From a virus: 64,000 nucleotides of DNA. Within the stretch, counting starts at the first letter, position 1; each line of letters begins with the position of its first letter. The position numbers and the translations under genes were made by a program. The stretch lies in IMG/VR virus record IMGVR_UViG_3300021963_000090, positions 1 through 64,000 of that record. The stretch is one strand, 5' to 3'. Below, piece after piece: positions 1 to 7,722 of the stretch. The notes below the pieces were generated by a model. That model saw nothing but the letters and a program-made list of their open reading frames with translations, searched no databases and was not told the origin of the DNA.

Positions 1-19
1 AACTTATCTTTCATCTTCA

Positions 20-430
20 TTAGTCTTTATCCCAATCTGCATCAACTGGTTGTTCTGCTGGCATTGCGCCATCTGGCTTTGCTGCTAAACGTGCTGCAGT
101 TGCATCAATTTCTGCTTCAAGCTTCTTATCAGCCTGTGTATTCTTTGCATCCATCTCTTTGTTATCGAGCTGTGCCTTCATAATATCTTTTGCACCACTT
201 TGTCCAATTAATAGACCAGCAAGTGTTCCTGTAATAAATGTTGCAACGCTTCCAAGAACATTAAAGAACATCTTATCGTTCTCTGACTGTCCGCCAATTG
301 GTTGTGTTACAAACAATAGTCCGTATAAAATTCCTACCGCAGTAAGAAATAAAATGGAACCAAGCGTGATTCCTAAAATAAATTTTAATCTAGCATCTAG
401 ATCTTGTGGACTTAGTCTCTCTTTAGCCAT
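20..430 (-). CDS. Two-TM membrane protein, holin-like
   Basis: Start moved to MAKERL (ATG at 430), which overlaps the end of the upstream gene. Two hydrophobic helices (FILGITLGSILFLTAVGILYGLLF; FFNVLGSVATFITGTLAGLLIG) and a charged C-tail. Holin function is inference. Confidence 0.55.
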   Translation of the reverse strand: MAKERLSPQDLDARLKFILGITLGSILFLTAVGILYGLLFVTQPIGGQSENDKMFFNVLGSVATFITGTLAGLLIGQSGAKDIMKAQLDNKEMDAKNTQADKKLEAEIDATAARLAAKPDGAMPAEQPVDADWDKD

Positions 431-641
431 TTGTAGTACCTGTTTCAGTAGTAGTAGTTGATACTTTACCAATTACATCCTTAGTGCATGTGCCAGTTGC
501 TTCACAAATTGGAGGGTTGCATTCAGCCTTTTCCCAATTTGCTGGATCTTGGCATGGGTATCTATATGAACCCTGATAGCCACAACTAGTTAATGATAGC
601 ACTAGTAGACCTGATAAAGCAATAGCAGTTATTTTTTTCAT
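423..641 (-). CDS. Small Cys-rich lipoprotein (72 aa)
   Basis: True start is MKKITAIALSGLLVLSLTSC (ATG at 641). Signal peptide with LTSC lipobox and four more Cys; TATAAT lies 6 nt upstream. Confidence 0.75.
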   Translation of the reverse strand: MKKITAIALSGLLVLSLTSCGYQGSYRYPCQDPANWEKAECNPPICEATGTCTKDVIGKVSTTTTETGTTNG

Positions 642-655
642 AACTCTATTATACC

Positions 656-853
656 TTATTCCTCGTCTTTTCTTAGGGGTATGGTAATTAGCCATATTAC
701 AGTAACTATTACTGTTGCTAGGCCCACTACATCCTGTGCCGTCCCAGTAAGGGTCAACCAGGCTATGAAGAATCCAAGGAGGGTCCATAGCTGGGCTATG
801 CTTTCCTTTACTGCTTCCCATATCCAATTAAAGAAACCTTTAATTATTTTCAT
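656..853 (-). CDS. Small membrane protein (amphipathic helix plus 2 TM)
   Basis: Hydrophobic segments; TAATG coupling to the upstream PA14 gene at 853. Confidence 0.75.
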   Translation of the reverse strand: MKIIKGFFNWIWEAVKESIAQLWTLLGFFIAWLTLTGTAQDVVGLATVIVTVIWLITIPLRKDEE

Positions 854-2853
854 TATATCCTCCTTGTCATGGCTGCTGCCACAATATTTCCTGCAATAAT
901 TACTGGTACCACAACCTCTTGTGCTTTTTCTCTTTGGTCATCCGTCATATCCTTACCCCATTCTGATGGGCTAAGTAATTTTTCAAAATCAATATCTGCA
1001 ATAGCTCCGATTGGGTCTGATAAAAATGCTTCTGTGGCAACCTCTGTTGTTGCATCTGCTAACGTATATGGCATTGGAGCACTAGCATTCTCTTTAATTC
1101 TATCACCAAATTCTTGTAAGGCTGTTGCTAAATTTTTATCGGTGGCGGCTAATGCTGCCACCTTTGCTATTTCTGACGCTCTAATTCCAAGGCCTTCTGC
1201 AACCGCCGCTTTCTGTTCTGGAGTTAATTTAGTTAATGTATCTTTACTTGTTAAATCTGCAATTAGGTTTGCTGTCTCTTCTGTGATAGTATTAGTAGAT
1301 GGTTTTTCAGAAGGTTCAGCAGGAGTTGGCTCTGGTTCAGGAGTTGGCTCTTGATCTATATCCGATGGCTGAGGTGAAGGCTCTGATGAAGGCTCATCAG
1401 TGGGCTCTGTCTCAGGGGTTGGATCTGGTGTCGGTTCATCTGTGGTTTCAGAATCTGGAGTTGGAGTGGGATCGTCTGGTTCAGTTTGGTCAGGCGATGG
1501 CTCAGGAGAAGGTTCAGGCGTAGGATCAGTTGTTGAATCTGGAGTTGGTTGTGGTTGATTTGCCATAGCAGCAGCTATTGCTGCAGCAACTCTTTGTTGC
1601 TCTTCAAACTGCCAAGTTTCATTATATAATTCCCATGCATCATCTATTGCATTATTTAAATCAATAATAGATTGATCGTAAGCTGACTGTGTATTATTTT
1701 TAGCAGTCAAAGCATTTGCTGTAGTTGTTACAGCAGTATTATATGTAGTAGTCTTAGTTGTCAGCGTTTGATTATATGTTGTTAATGTAGAATTTGCAGT
1801 ATTGTATGCAGAAAGTTTTGTATTATATGTAGCAAGTTTAGTATTGTAATCTGTCTGAGCCGCCGCCTTTGCAGTTACTGCTGCATTATATGCATCAATT
1901 TGTGCCTGTGTTGCACCAGGACCAGAAGAAAATGTATTAAGATTACAACTAAAATCTTCCCCCCATACTCTTGGATTTCCAGCATAGTCACAACCTGCAC
2001 CAGTCATTCCGCCAGGAATTGTCCAGCCAAGATGATAAGATCCTGGACCTCCTCCGTTATACCACCATATTTCTACATCAAAAGTTTTATCTTGAGTTAC
2101 ATCATATGTTGGGGACCATTGGCTCCATGTTGATCCTTGTTCACGCCAATTGTTAACAGCAAGATCTCCATCAATATACATTTTGAAACCATCATCTGTA
2201 TATCCTGCAAATGCTACTGTTGTAAACCATGAAGGAACAGTAATCTTTCCAGTAAACTTAACTACTATATTTTCATATCTATTACCACAAACTGGTAGAT
2301 TCATATAATTCGAGTCCCAGGTGCCAGAGCAAATTACGGAATCTGGTACTGCATAACTAGGCCAAATTCTTGCTAAATTATATACAGTATATTGCAGACC
2401 GTCACCGCCAGCATTATCAATTACTGATTGTGCTGATTGAAGATTACTATTTGCAGTGGCCAAGTTTAACGCTGATATGTCAAGGGCATCCTTAGCAGAA
2501 TCTCTTTGATTTAATGCTGTAGCAACTGTAGCAGTTTGTTCATCTACTGCTGATTGAGCTGTATTCTTTTCTTGTAATGCTGTTGCTTCTGCTGCTACCG
2601 CCGCATTATATGCATCATAGGCATCATCTCTAGCCTCTTTTGCGGCTACTGCATCATCATATTTATCTTCTGCTATATCTATTAAGGCTTGAGTTTCAGC
2701 CTCTTCTGTTAGGTTGCCAACCTTTTCATTAAGCTCTTGTATTTCTTGAGCGGCTAAACTTAGTGGATCATCACTGTAAGCAGGTGTAAGGAATAGCCAA
2801 CCAAACCCTAAAATGGCTGTTAATGTTAATCTCCATAGTTTAGTCCTAGTCAA
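853..2853 (-). CDS. Secreted/membrane-anchored PA14-domain protein with coiled-coil stalk and Pro/Thr/Glu linker
   Basis: Signal peptide; Ala-rich heptads flank a PA14-like domain (VKFTGKI..TDDGFKMYIDG..WWYNGGG..LGW); PTPEP repeats; hydrophobic C-terminus followed by RR; SD AAGGAG before TTG. Confidence 0.8.
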   Translation of the reverse strand: MTRTKLWRLTLTAILGFGWLFLTPAYSDDPLSLAAQEIQELNEKVGNLTEEAETQALIDIAEDKYDDAVAAKEARDDAYDAYNAAVAAEATALQEKNTAQSAVDEQTATVATALNQRDSAKDALDISALNLATANSNLQSAQSVIDNAGGDGLQYTVYNLARIWPSYAVPDSVICSGTWDSNYMNLPVCGNRYENIVVKFTGKITVPSWFTTVAFAGYTDDGFKMYIDGDLAVNNWREQGSTWSQWSPTYDVTQDKTFDVEIWWYNGGGPGSYHLGWTIPGGMTGAGCDYAGNPRVWGEDFSCNLNTFSSGPGATQAQIDAYNAAVTAKAAAQTDYNTKLATYNTKLSAYNTANSTLTTYNQTLTTKTTTYNTAVTTTANALTAKNNTQSAYDQSIIDLNNAIDDAWELYNETWQFEEQQRVAAAIAAAMANQPQPTPDSTTDPTPEPSPEPSPDQTEPDDPTPTPDSETTDEPTPDPTPETEPTDEPSSEPSPQPSDIDQEPTPEPEPTPAEPSEKPSTNTITEETANLIADLTSKDTLTKLTPEQKAAVAEGLGIRASEIAKVAALAATDKNLATALQEFGDRIKENASAPMPYTLADATTEVATEAFLSDPIGAIADIDFEKLLSPSEWGKDMTDDQREKAQEVVVPVIIAGNIVAAAMTRRI
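1300..1560 (-). repeat. Low-complexity PTP(D/E)/EPS linker repeats
   Basis: Translation PTPDSTTDPTPEPSPEPSPDQTEPDDPTPTPDSETTDEPTPDPTPE... Confidence 0.85.
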
Positions 2854-2863
2854 CTAATAACTC

Positions 2864-2898
2864 CTTGTTATAACTTTTATAACAAGTTAATTATATCA
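2864..2898 (-). promoter_or_regulatory. Extended -10 promoter (TGATATAAT) followed by a 10-bp inverted repeat overlapping the SD of the PA14 gene
   Basis: CTTGTTATAA-AAG-TTATAACAAG at 2864-2886; TGATATAAT at 2890-2898. Confidence 0.6.
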
Positions 2899-2903
2899 TT
2901 GAA

Positions 2904-3086
2904 CTACTTAGCGTTATCTGTTTTGTAAAAGCCAGAACCTTTAAACTGAATACCAAACGTACCGAACTGTTTAACCATTGCAGCACCGCATTTATCACAG
3001 AGTTCTGTCATTGTTGATTCACTGATTGGTTTGTTAATTTCTTTAGTGTGTTCACATATAACACACTTATAATCATAGTTTGGCAC
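2904..3086 (-). CDS. FmdB-family zinc-ribbon regulatory protein
   Basis: MPNYDYKC..C..H...C.KCG..M...F....IQFKGSGFYKTD is the typical FmdB/CxxC_CxxC_SSSS pattern. GTG start with AGGAG SD. Confidence 0.9.
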   Translation of the reverse strand: MPNYDYKCVICEHTKEINKPISESTMTELCDKCGAAMVKQFGTFGIQFKGSGFYKTDNAK

Positions 3087-3090
3087 ATCT

Positions 3091-3190
3091 CTCCTAAATG
3101 TTAAGGAGCAGTTTAGCCACAGTGCTCAGGTGGATCCTGCGGGTAGCGGCCCGCATATAATCTGCGACTCCCCAGTGACGGGGTGCAGAC
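3091..3190 (-). ncRNA. Candidate structured cis-regulatory RNA (two hairpins plus H-type pseudoknot); family not recognised
   Basis: GC-rich intergenic stretch with stems TCTGC/GCAGA plus CCCC/GGGG, TGCGGG/CCCGCA, and crossing helices CCAC/GTGG and GAGCA/TGCTC. TATAAT at 3195-3200. Confidence 0.6.
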
Positions 3191-3202
3191 TACCATTATA
3201 TC

Positions 3203-3622
3203 TTATTTGATTTTAATTGTCTTTGGCTTTTTATCTTCAGGGACAATGCGATCAATATTAATATGAAGCATACCGTCCTTTAGAGATGCACTAGAGACTT
3301 CCATATATTCTCCAAGAGCAAATGAGCGTGTGAATTTACGTGCAGCAATTCCTTTATGCAGAACCTCTGCGTCTGTAACTTCTGTAATTTCTCCAGATAC
3401 CACAAGGGTTCCGTTGTCTACTGAGAGATCAATGTCTTCCTTTGTGAATCCTGCTACTGCGAGAGACACTCTATATGTGTCATCGTCTAGCTTTAATACA
3501 TCGTATGGTGGATATGATTGGCGTGATGCAGCGTTGTGCACGTTAGCCATTCTTTCAATCTCACGATTAAAGCCAATAAAAAAAGGATCCTTGAAAAGAT
3601 CCCATGTATATGTTGTTACCAT
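3203..3622 (-). CDS. Small heat-shock protein Hsp20 (IbpA-like)
   Basis: YPPYDV..YRVSLAVAGF..LHKGIAARKFTRSFAL..ASLKDGMLHI..PEDKKPKTIKI is an alpha-crystallin domain with IxI motif. Confidence 0.95.
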   Translation of the reverse strand: MVTTYTWDLFKDPFFIGFNREIERMANVHNAASRQSYPPYDVLKLDDDTYRVSLAVAGFTKEDIDLSVDNGTLVVSGEITEVTDAEVLHKGIAARKFTRSFALGEYMEVSSASLKDGMLHINIDRIVPEDKKPKTIKIK

Positions 3623-3690
3623 TTTATTCCTCCTTCAAGCGAATAAGTTAATTTATAGGCCCCTATTGGCGACCTAATAATATTATAGCA
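3623..3690 (-). promoter_or_regulatory. hsp20 promoter (TGCTATAAT) and ROSE-like thermometer 5' UTR
   Basis: Hairpin TAGGTCGCC-AATA-GGGGCCTA, then TTCGCT immediately before TGAAGGAGG SD. Confidence 0.55.
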
Positions 3691-3696
3691 TAATTT

Positions 3697-4011
3697 TTAA
3701 TCGTTTGGGATTTCTCTGATATCCATTTCTATCAGTCCCATTTCTTTTGCTATCTTGTGTCCTTCTGGACTAAGATGTAGTGTTGCTTCAAGATTTTCAT
3801 CGTATTCAACCTCCATCAAACCTTCTTCATATAACTTCATCATAGCAGAGTCAACATATTCAATATGGGCTTGCCATAATTCTGGCGCTAGTTCCTTTGC
3901 ATTTTCACTAATTGAAAATATCATTTCTCCACTCTCGTCAACGCCTTCTAAGGAAATGGCGCCTATTTCTAAATAGTATGACATTTTCATATCGTCCTCT
4001 TCTTCATCCAT
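3697..4011 (-). CDS. Hypothetical acidic protein (possible winged helix)
   Basis: Start moved to MDEEEDD (ATG at 4011, SD GGAG at 4017-4020), which avoids overlap with the tRNA. Confidence 0.7.
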   Translation of the reverse strand: MDEEEDDMKMSYYLEIGAISLEGVDESGEMIFSISENAKELAPELWQAHIEYVDSAMMKLYEEGLMEVEYDENLEATLHLSPEGHKIAKEMGLIEMDIREIPND

Positions 4012-4024
4012 AAAATCTCCTTTG

Positions 4025-4098
4025 TGCAACAGGTAGGACTTGAACCTACGATAGCCGAATTATGAGTTCGGGGCCTTAACCAACTTGGCTACTGTTGC
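4025..4098 (-). tRNA. tRNA with CAT anticodon (elongator Met or Ile2); CCA not encoded
   Basis: GCAACAG/CTGTTGC acceptor stem; D arm GCC/GGC with GG; anticodon arm CCGAA-CTCATAA-TTCGG; T arm GTAGG-TTCAAGT-CCTAC; discriminator A. Confidence 0.93.
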
Positions 4099-4105
4099 CA
4101 AGTAT

Positions 4106-4357
4106 CTATTGTAACGTGCCATCTTCATTTTTGTCAATGGTTTCTTCAACTACTTGCTGTACATATTCAGAAAAATGTTTTCTAATATTACCCATTGGTC
4201 TAGTCCCCAAGGACTTCCATATTCTTTTATACTCTACAATATTTGCAAACGTGGTGGGGCAGACCTGTATACCATTATACTCTTTTAATACTGTTGGTAG
4301 CGGTACGTGTTTTCCACAACATTTACATTCTTTAGCTTTTTCTTGGTATATACTCAT
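4106..4357 (-). CDS. Hypothetical protein with Cys cluster (CKCC..CPT)
   Basis: ORF coupled (ATGA) to the terminase stop. Confidence 0.7.
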   Translation of the reverse strand: MSIYQEKAKECKCCGKHVPLPTVLKEYNGIQVCPTTFANIVEYKRIWKSLGTRPMGNIRKHFSEYVQQVVEETIDKNEDGTLQ

Positions 4358-6144
4358 ACTATTTCCATTCCGTCTAATACATCAGATAAATCTTTCGGCA
4401 TTCTTGGTGCCCTGATCATGTTTGTTACTATGGTGTCATCCTCATTTTCTCTATCCCACTTTAGAGAACTATAAGTATGTATATCTATTTCTTCATTGTT
4501 TTGTGGCCTACTTCTACTAATAGCATTATAAATAGATCCACAAACTGCGTCCGCCAAGTCTTTTGACCCCTTTCTTGGGTGGTCAACTCTGTCTCTCATA
4601 ATTTTTAACTGCAATAATTCATCGATAAGAAGTTTTATTGCTGGCCCAGTTAGTCTATCTTCCGCAACAACCATCGCCATATCATCGTAATGCTTTTTTG
4701 CAACAGATAATGTTTCAGTATTAATTCCGTACTGCTTTAGCTGTTGCATCATATCGTGTGAGTTCCAGCGGTCAAATGTGCATACACGAATTTTAAATCC
4801 CTTAGTTCTAAGAGACAAAATATAATCTTTGACTTCTGTAAAATCAACAGATTTATCTGCGGTTGGTGTCCAGTATCTAACTGCATCAACTTCTACAATT
4901 GGTGCTGGCTGAGAGTAGGTATCAGTTACTTTTACATTTACCCATTTCTGCACATGTGCCATAGCAACTGCACAATGGTCATGCTTTTGTGCAAGGTCTA
5001 CGTGCAAGAAATATTCTTTATCTGGGTCTGGAGCAAACCAATCTTCAAACCTTCCAAACTCATCTACTGCAAGCGCCATATTGTTAAAAGATTTTTCTAT
5101 CTTTTCTCTAGACTTAAAGAAAGCATCAATCGCTTCGGCTGGCATGCATGCGAATCTACCTAAAGCATCTGGTGCATTTTTATAGAACGCTACCTTAAAA
5201 TCGTCTATGCTTCTTGTAGGGTTAATCTCCCATGTTGGTCTTTTAAGGGCATACATTCTTGGATACTTATAGGACAAGATATGATCTTCTTCCCATTCAA
5301 TATCAAACTCGTTGCCGTCGGTTCCGTCTGGCAAGTCTGTATCTAGCTTAAAATGATGCGACCTAATAACAGTTTCTTTTTCAGCAATAACGTCATCATA
5401 TCTTTGCTGAATATAATCATTTTTGTATCTAGGGAATGAAAGAAGAATTACTTTGCCATAGTCTGGGAAACGAGAATCAACTGATGCCCTATACATCTCA
5501 TAAATAGCGCTACCAGTCTTTGCCTGCTCATGCCCCGTTGTGTTCTCAATACTAAAGCCAGAAATTTCGTCTAGGATAACAACAATTACGTTATACCCTT
5601 CCCAAGCCTCACGCTCTGAGTGACCTGAATGAACTGTAATATTCTTATTAAATTTAATTTCAGAAGCTTTTTCTGAATACTTTCCTACAAACCATGGAGA
5701 CTTGTCTATTCTTGTTCTAAATCCTTTAAAAAAAACGTTGCTTGCCTGCTGTGCGTTAATAGCAATATTGATGATATCAATAGAATCCCCAGGAGGCTTA
5801 CCGTAATAGTGTGCTGGATCTTTTAAACATAATAGTAAATAAACTATATAGGCAACAGAAATAGTTGAGCAATAATCTTTTCCAGACCCCTTGCCCAGTT
5901 GAGCAACAACCTCGTTAGCAGTCTGTTTATATGTTCTCTTGCCTTCTTCTTCGCCAAATAGTTTTATTAAGGTTGATTCTTTATAAACCTGAGAAGACTT
6001 TTCAATTAATGTATATTGATATTCTGAAAGTGGTGGCAGTCCAAGAAACTCTGGACTAGTTACAAATGTGCGTAGATCTACTGGACGCTCATCAAACTCT
6101 TCGCCATCTAAGATATCAATAAGATCATTAAAATTAAGATCCAC
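4354..6144 (-). CDS. terL: Terminase large subunit
   Basis: Walker A GKGSGKD, Walker B VVILDE, coupling motif SFP, and RNase H-like nuclease acidic residues (HVDLA..HD, FDRW, KDLAD). Confidence 0.9.
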   Translation of the reverse strand: MDLNFNDLIDILDGEEFDERPVDLRTFVTSPEFLGLPPLSEYQYTLIEKSSQVYKESTLIKLFGEEEGKRTYKQTANEVVAQLGKGSGKDYCSTISVAYIVYLLLCLKDPAHYYGKPPGDSIDIINIAINAQQASNVFFKGFRTRIDKSPWFVGKYSEKASEIKFNKNITVHSGHSEREAWEGYNVIVVILDEISGFSIENTTGHEQAKTGSAIYEMYRASVDSRFPDYGKVILLSFPRYKNDYIQQRYDDVIAEKETVIRSHHFKLDTDLPDGTDGNEFDIEWEEDHILSYKYPRMYALKRPTWEINPTRSIDDFKVAFYKNAPDALGRFACMPAEAIDAFFKSREKIEKSFNNMALAVDEFGRFEDWFAPDPDKEYFLHVDLAQKHDHCAVAMAHVQKWVNVKVTDTYSQPAPIVEVDAVRYWTPTADKSVDFTEVKDYILSLRTKGFKIRVCTFDRWNSHDMMQQLKQYGINTETLSVAKKHYDDMAMVVAEDRLTGPAIKLLIDELLQLKIMRDRVDHPRKGSKDLADAVCGSIYNAISRSRPQNNEEIDIHTYSSLKWDRENEDDTIVTNMIRAPRMPKDLSDVLDGMEIV

Positions 6145-6670
6145 TAACTTCCTCGATTATCTCAACTGATTCAACTATCCCAGTTATTTGGGATAAACGC
6201 TTTGCAACATCCATCTTACATTTTGGACAGGTTGCAGTTACTTCTTTTAAAATCTTAACCAGTATGTCTTGCTTACGCTCTGTCTCCGCCAGCTGTGTTG
6301 CAAGCTCTGCGTTATCTAGAAGACCAACTTCTTGAAGCATGCCAATGCGTTTTCCTTCAATGTCTGCAATTAATTTTAATGCTCCTGATTTAACGCTAAG
6401 CTGACCAGCCTGATCTGCATCTTCTACAGTTTTCCAGGCTTCTTTAATAAGCATTGCATAGTGTTGGTCTGCCCCTACAATAGCCTCTTTAGCCCGTTCT
6501 CTGGCGGCTGTGTCGTTGTGTACGACTGTCTTCCACTCACCTATTAGCTCAACTACTTCAGCACGTTTAAAGCCTGTTAGAGTGGCAATTTGGGTTGGAT
6601 TATTTCCTTTAAGCAGTTCTTCAACTACCTTATTCATACGATCATAATGATCTGCTAGTTCGATTTCCAT
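6134..6670 (-). CDS. HTH protein, probable terminase small subunit
   Basis: N-terminal HTH (NPTQIATLTGFKRAEV), helical body, directly upstream of and overlapping terL. Confidence 0.6.
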   Translation of the reverse strand: MEIELADHYDRMNKVVEELLKGNNPTQIATLTGFKRAEVVELIGEWKTVVHNDTAARERAKEAIVGADQHYAMLIKEAWKTVEDADQAGQLSVKSGALKLIADIEGKRIGMLQEVGLLDNAELATQLAETERKQDILVKILKEVTATCPKCKMDVAKRLSQITGIVESVEIIEEVSGS

Positions 6671-6687
6671 ATACTAGTATTATACTT

Positions 6688-7029
6688 CTAGTCGACTGAA
6701 ATAGCAACCTGAGATTTAGCTATTTTATATAAAATCAAATAGCCAATTAGGTCATCGATATCATTATCTCCTGCATATCCCTGATTATTTTTAACTCTGT
6801 TTAATTTATCATCGATTCTTACCTTGAGTTGCTCTACTGAATCCGCCGTCGAAAATATTCTGGCTGGCTCTAAGGCTGAGTTTCCATACGATATGTTCTT
6901 TTCAATAAGCATGTGAGCAATTTCATGACAGGTGGACCAAATCTTGTTCCCTGCAGGAGCACCTACAGATTTTAAATATAGGTCGCTACAATTAAATGTT
7001 GTTACATCCTCAAACACTGGCTTCAACAT
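6688..7029 (-). CDS. Nucleotide-modification-associated domain 1 (DUF1599-like) protein
   Basis: Motif pattern KNISYG..VRIDDKLNR..DDLIGYLIL. Confidence 0.7.
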   Translation of the reverse strand: MLKPVFEDVTTFNCSDLYLKSVGAPAGNKIWSTCHEIAHMLIEKNISYGNSALEPARIFSTADSVEQLKVRIDDKLNRVKNNQGYAGDNDIDDLIGYLILYKIAKSQVAISVD

Positions 7030-7030
7030 A

Positions 7031-7582
7031 TTATCTCCTTGGTCTTAAAGTTGCTAAAAAATGATCGTCTATATTATTATTTGGATCCGCCTCATACTTA
7101 ATTGTCTCTATTGTATAATATTTTTCTACTATTGACAATACCTCTGTCTCAGTATCATCCATCCATGTTCTACTATGTAAAACTAATTTACCTGTGTTTA
7201 ATTCAGATAAATACTTATTTAATTCATCATCATGAATATGTTGAAATACTAAGCTTGCAAGAACCATATCAAACGGAATCCCCTTAATCTTTTCCCAATT
7301 AGATGTATATATGATGTTAGTTTTTTTATTTTCCTCTGGAACTAAATCTATCATATTGGGCAGATCAAAAGCTATTACGTTAGAATAGGTTTTAGACAAC
7401 TCTATTGAATTTCTTCCTATGCCGCAACCAAAATCTAAAGCATATTGATTATTATGCTCCACACCTTTTGCCAAGTCTATTACGTTTTCGTAGGCCTGCA
7501 TGTCTTTAAATTCTCCGCTATACCCAGTTAAAATAGCATCGCCAGCATCTTTAGCGCTTAAGCTCTCCCAAAAACTTTTCAT
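7031..7582 (-). CDS. Class I SAM-dependent methyltransferase
   Basis: Motif I ALDFGCGIGR, acidic motif II (AFD), and FDMVLASLVFQHI. Confidence 0.85.
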   Translation of the reverse strand: MKSFWESLSAKDAGDAILTGYSGEFKDMQAYENVIDLAKGVEHNNQYALDFGCGIGRNSIELSKTYSNVIAFDLPNMIDLVPEENKKTNIIYTSNWEKIKGIPFDMVLASLVFQHIHDDELNKYLSELNTGKLVLHSRTWMDDTETEVLSIVEKYYTIETIKYEADPNNNIDDHFLATLRPRR

Positions 7583-7722
7583 TTTCTAATCAACCCAAAC
7601 TTTTCTAAATACCTCTGTATGGTCATAGCAGAGACTTTGCATTCTGCAGCAATTTCTGTAACTGTTTTCTTTTGAACTACATACCTACGGTATAGCCAAG
7701 TTTGGCTTTGATATAATTTCAT
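7579..7722 (-). CDS. Small HTH DNA-binding protein (47 aa; absent from ORF track)
   Basis: MKLYQSQTWLYRRYVVQKKTVTEIAAECKVSAMTIQRYLEKFGLIRK; ATGA overlaps at both ends. Confidence 0.85.
   Translation of the reverse strand: MKLYQSQTWLYRRYVVQKKTVTEIAAECKVSAMTIQRYLEKFGLIRK

Noticed and set aside
3106-3133. Hammerhead ribozyme reading of CTGAGCA...TAAAC
   Set aside because: Does not match the CUGAnGA/GAAA core or the three-stem junction; a pseudoknot fits better.
4025-4098. tRNA as a prophage attachment site
   Set aside because: No integrase and no duplicated tRNA 3' end; phage genes continue on both sides.
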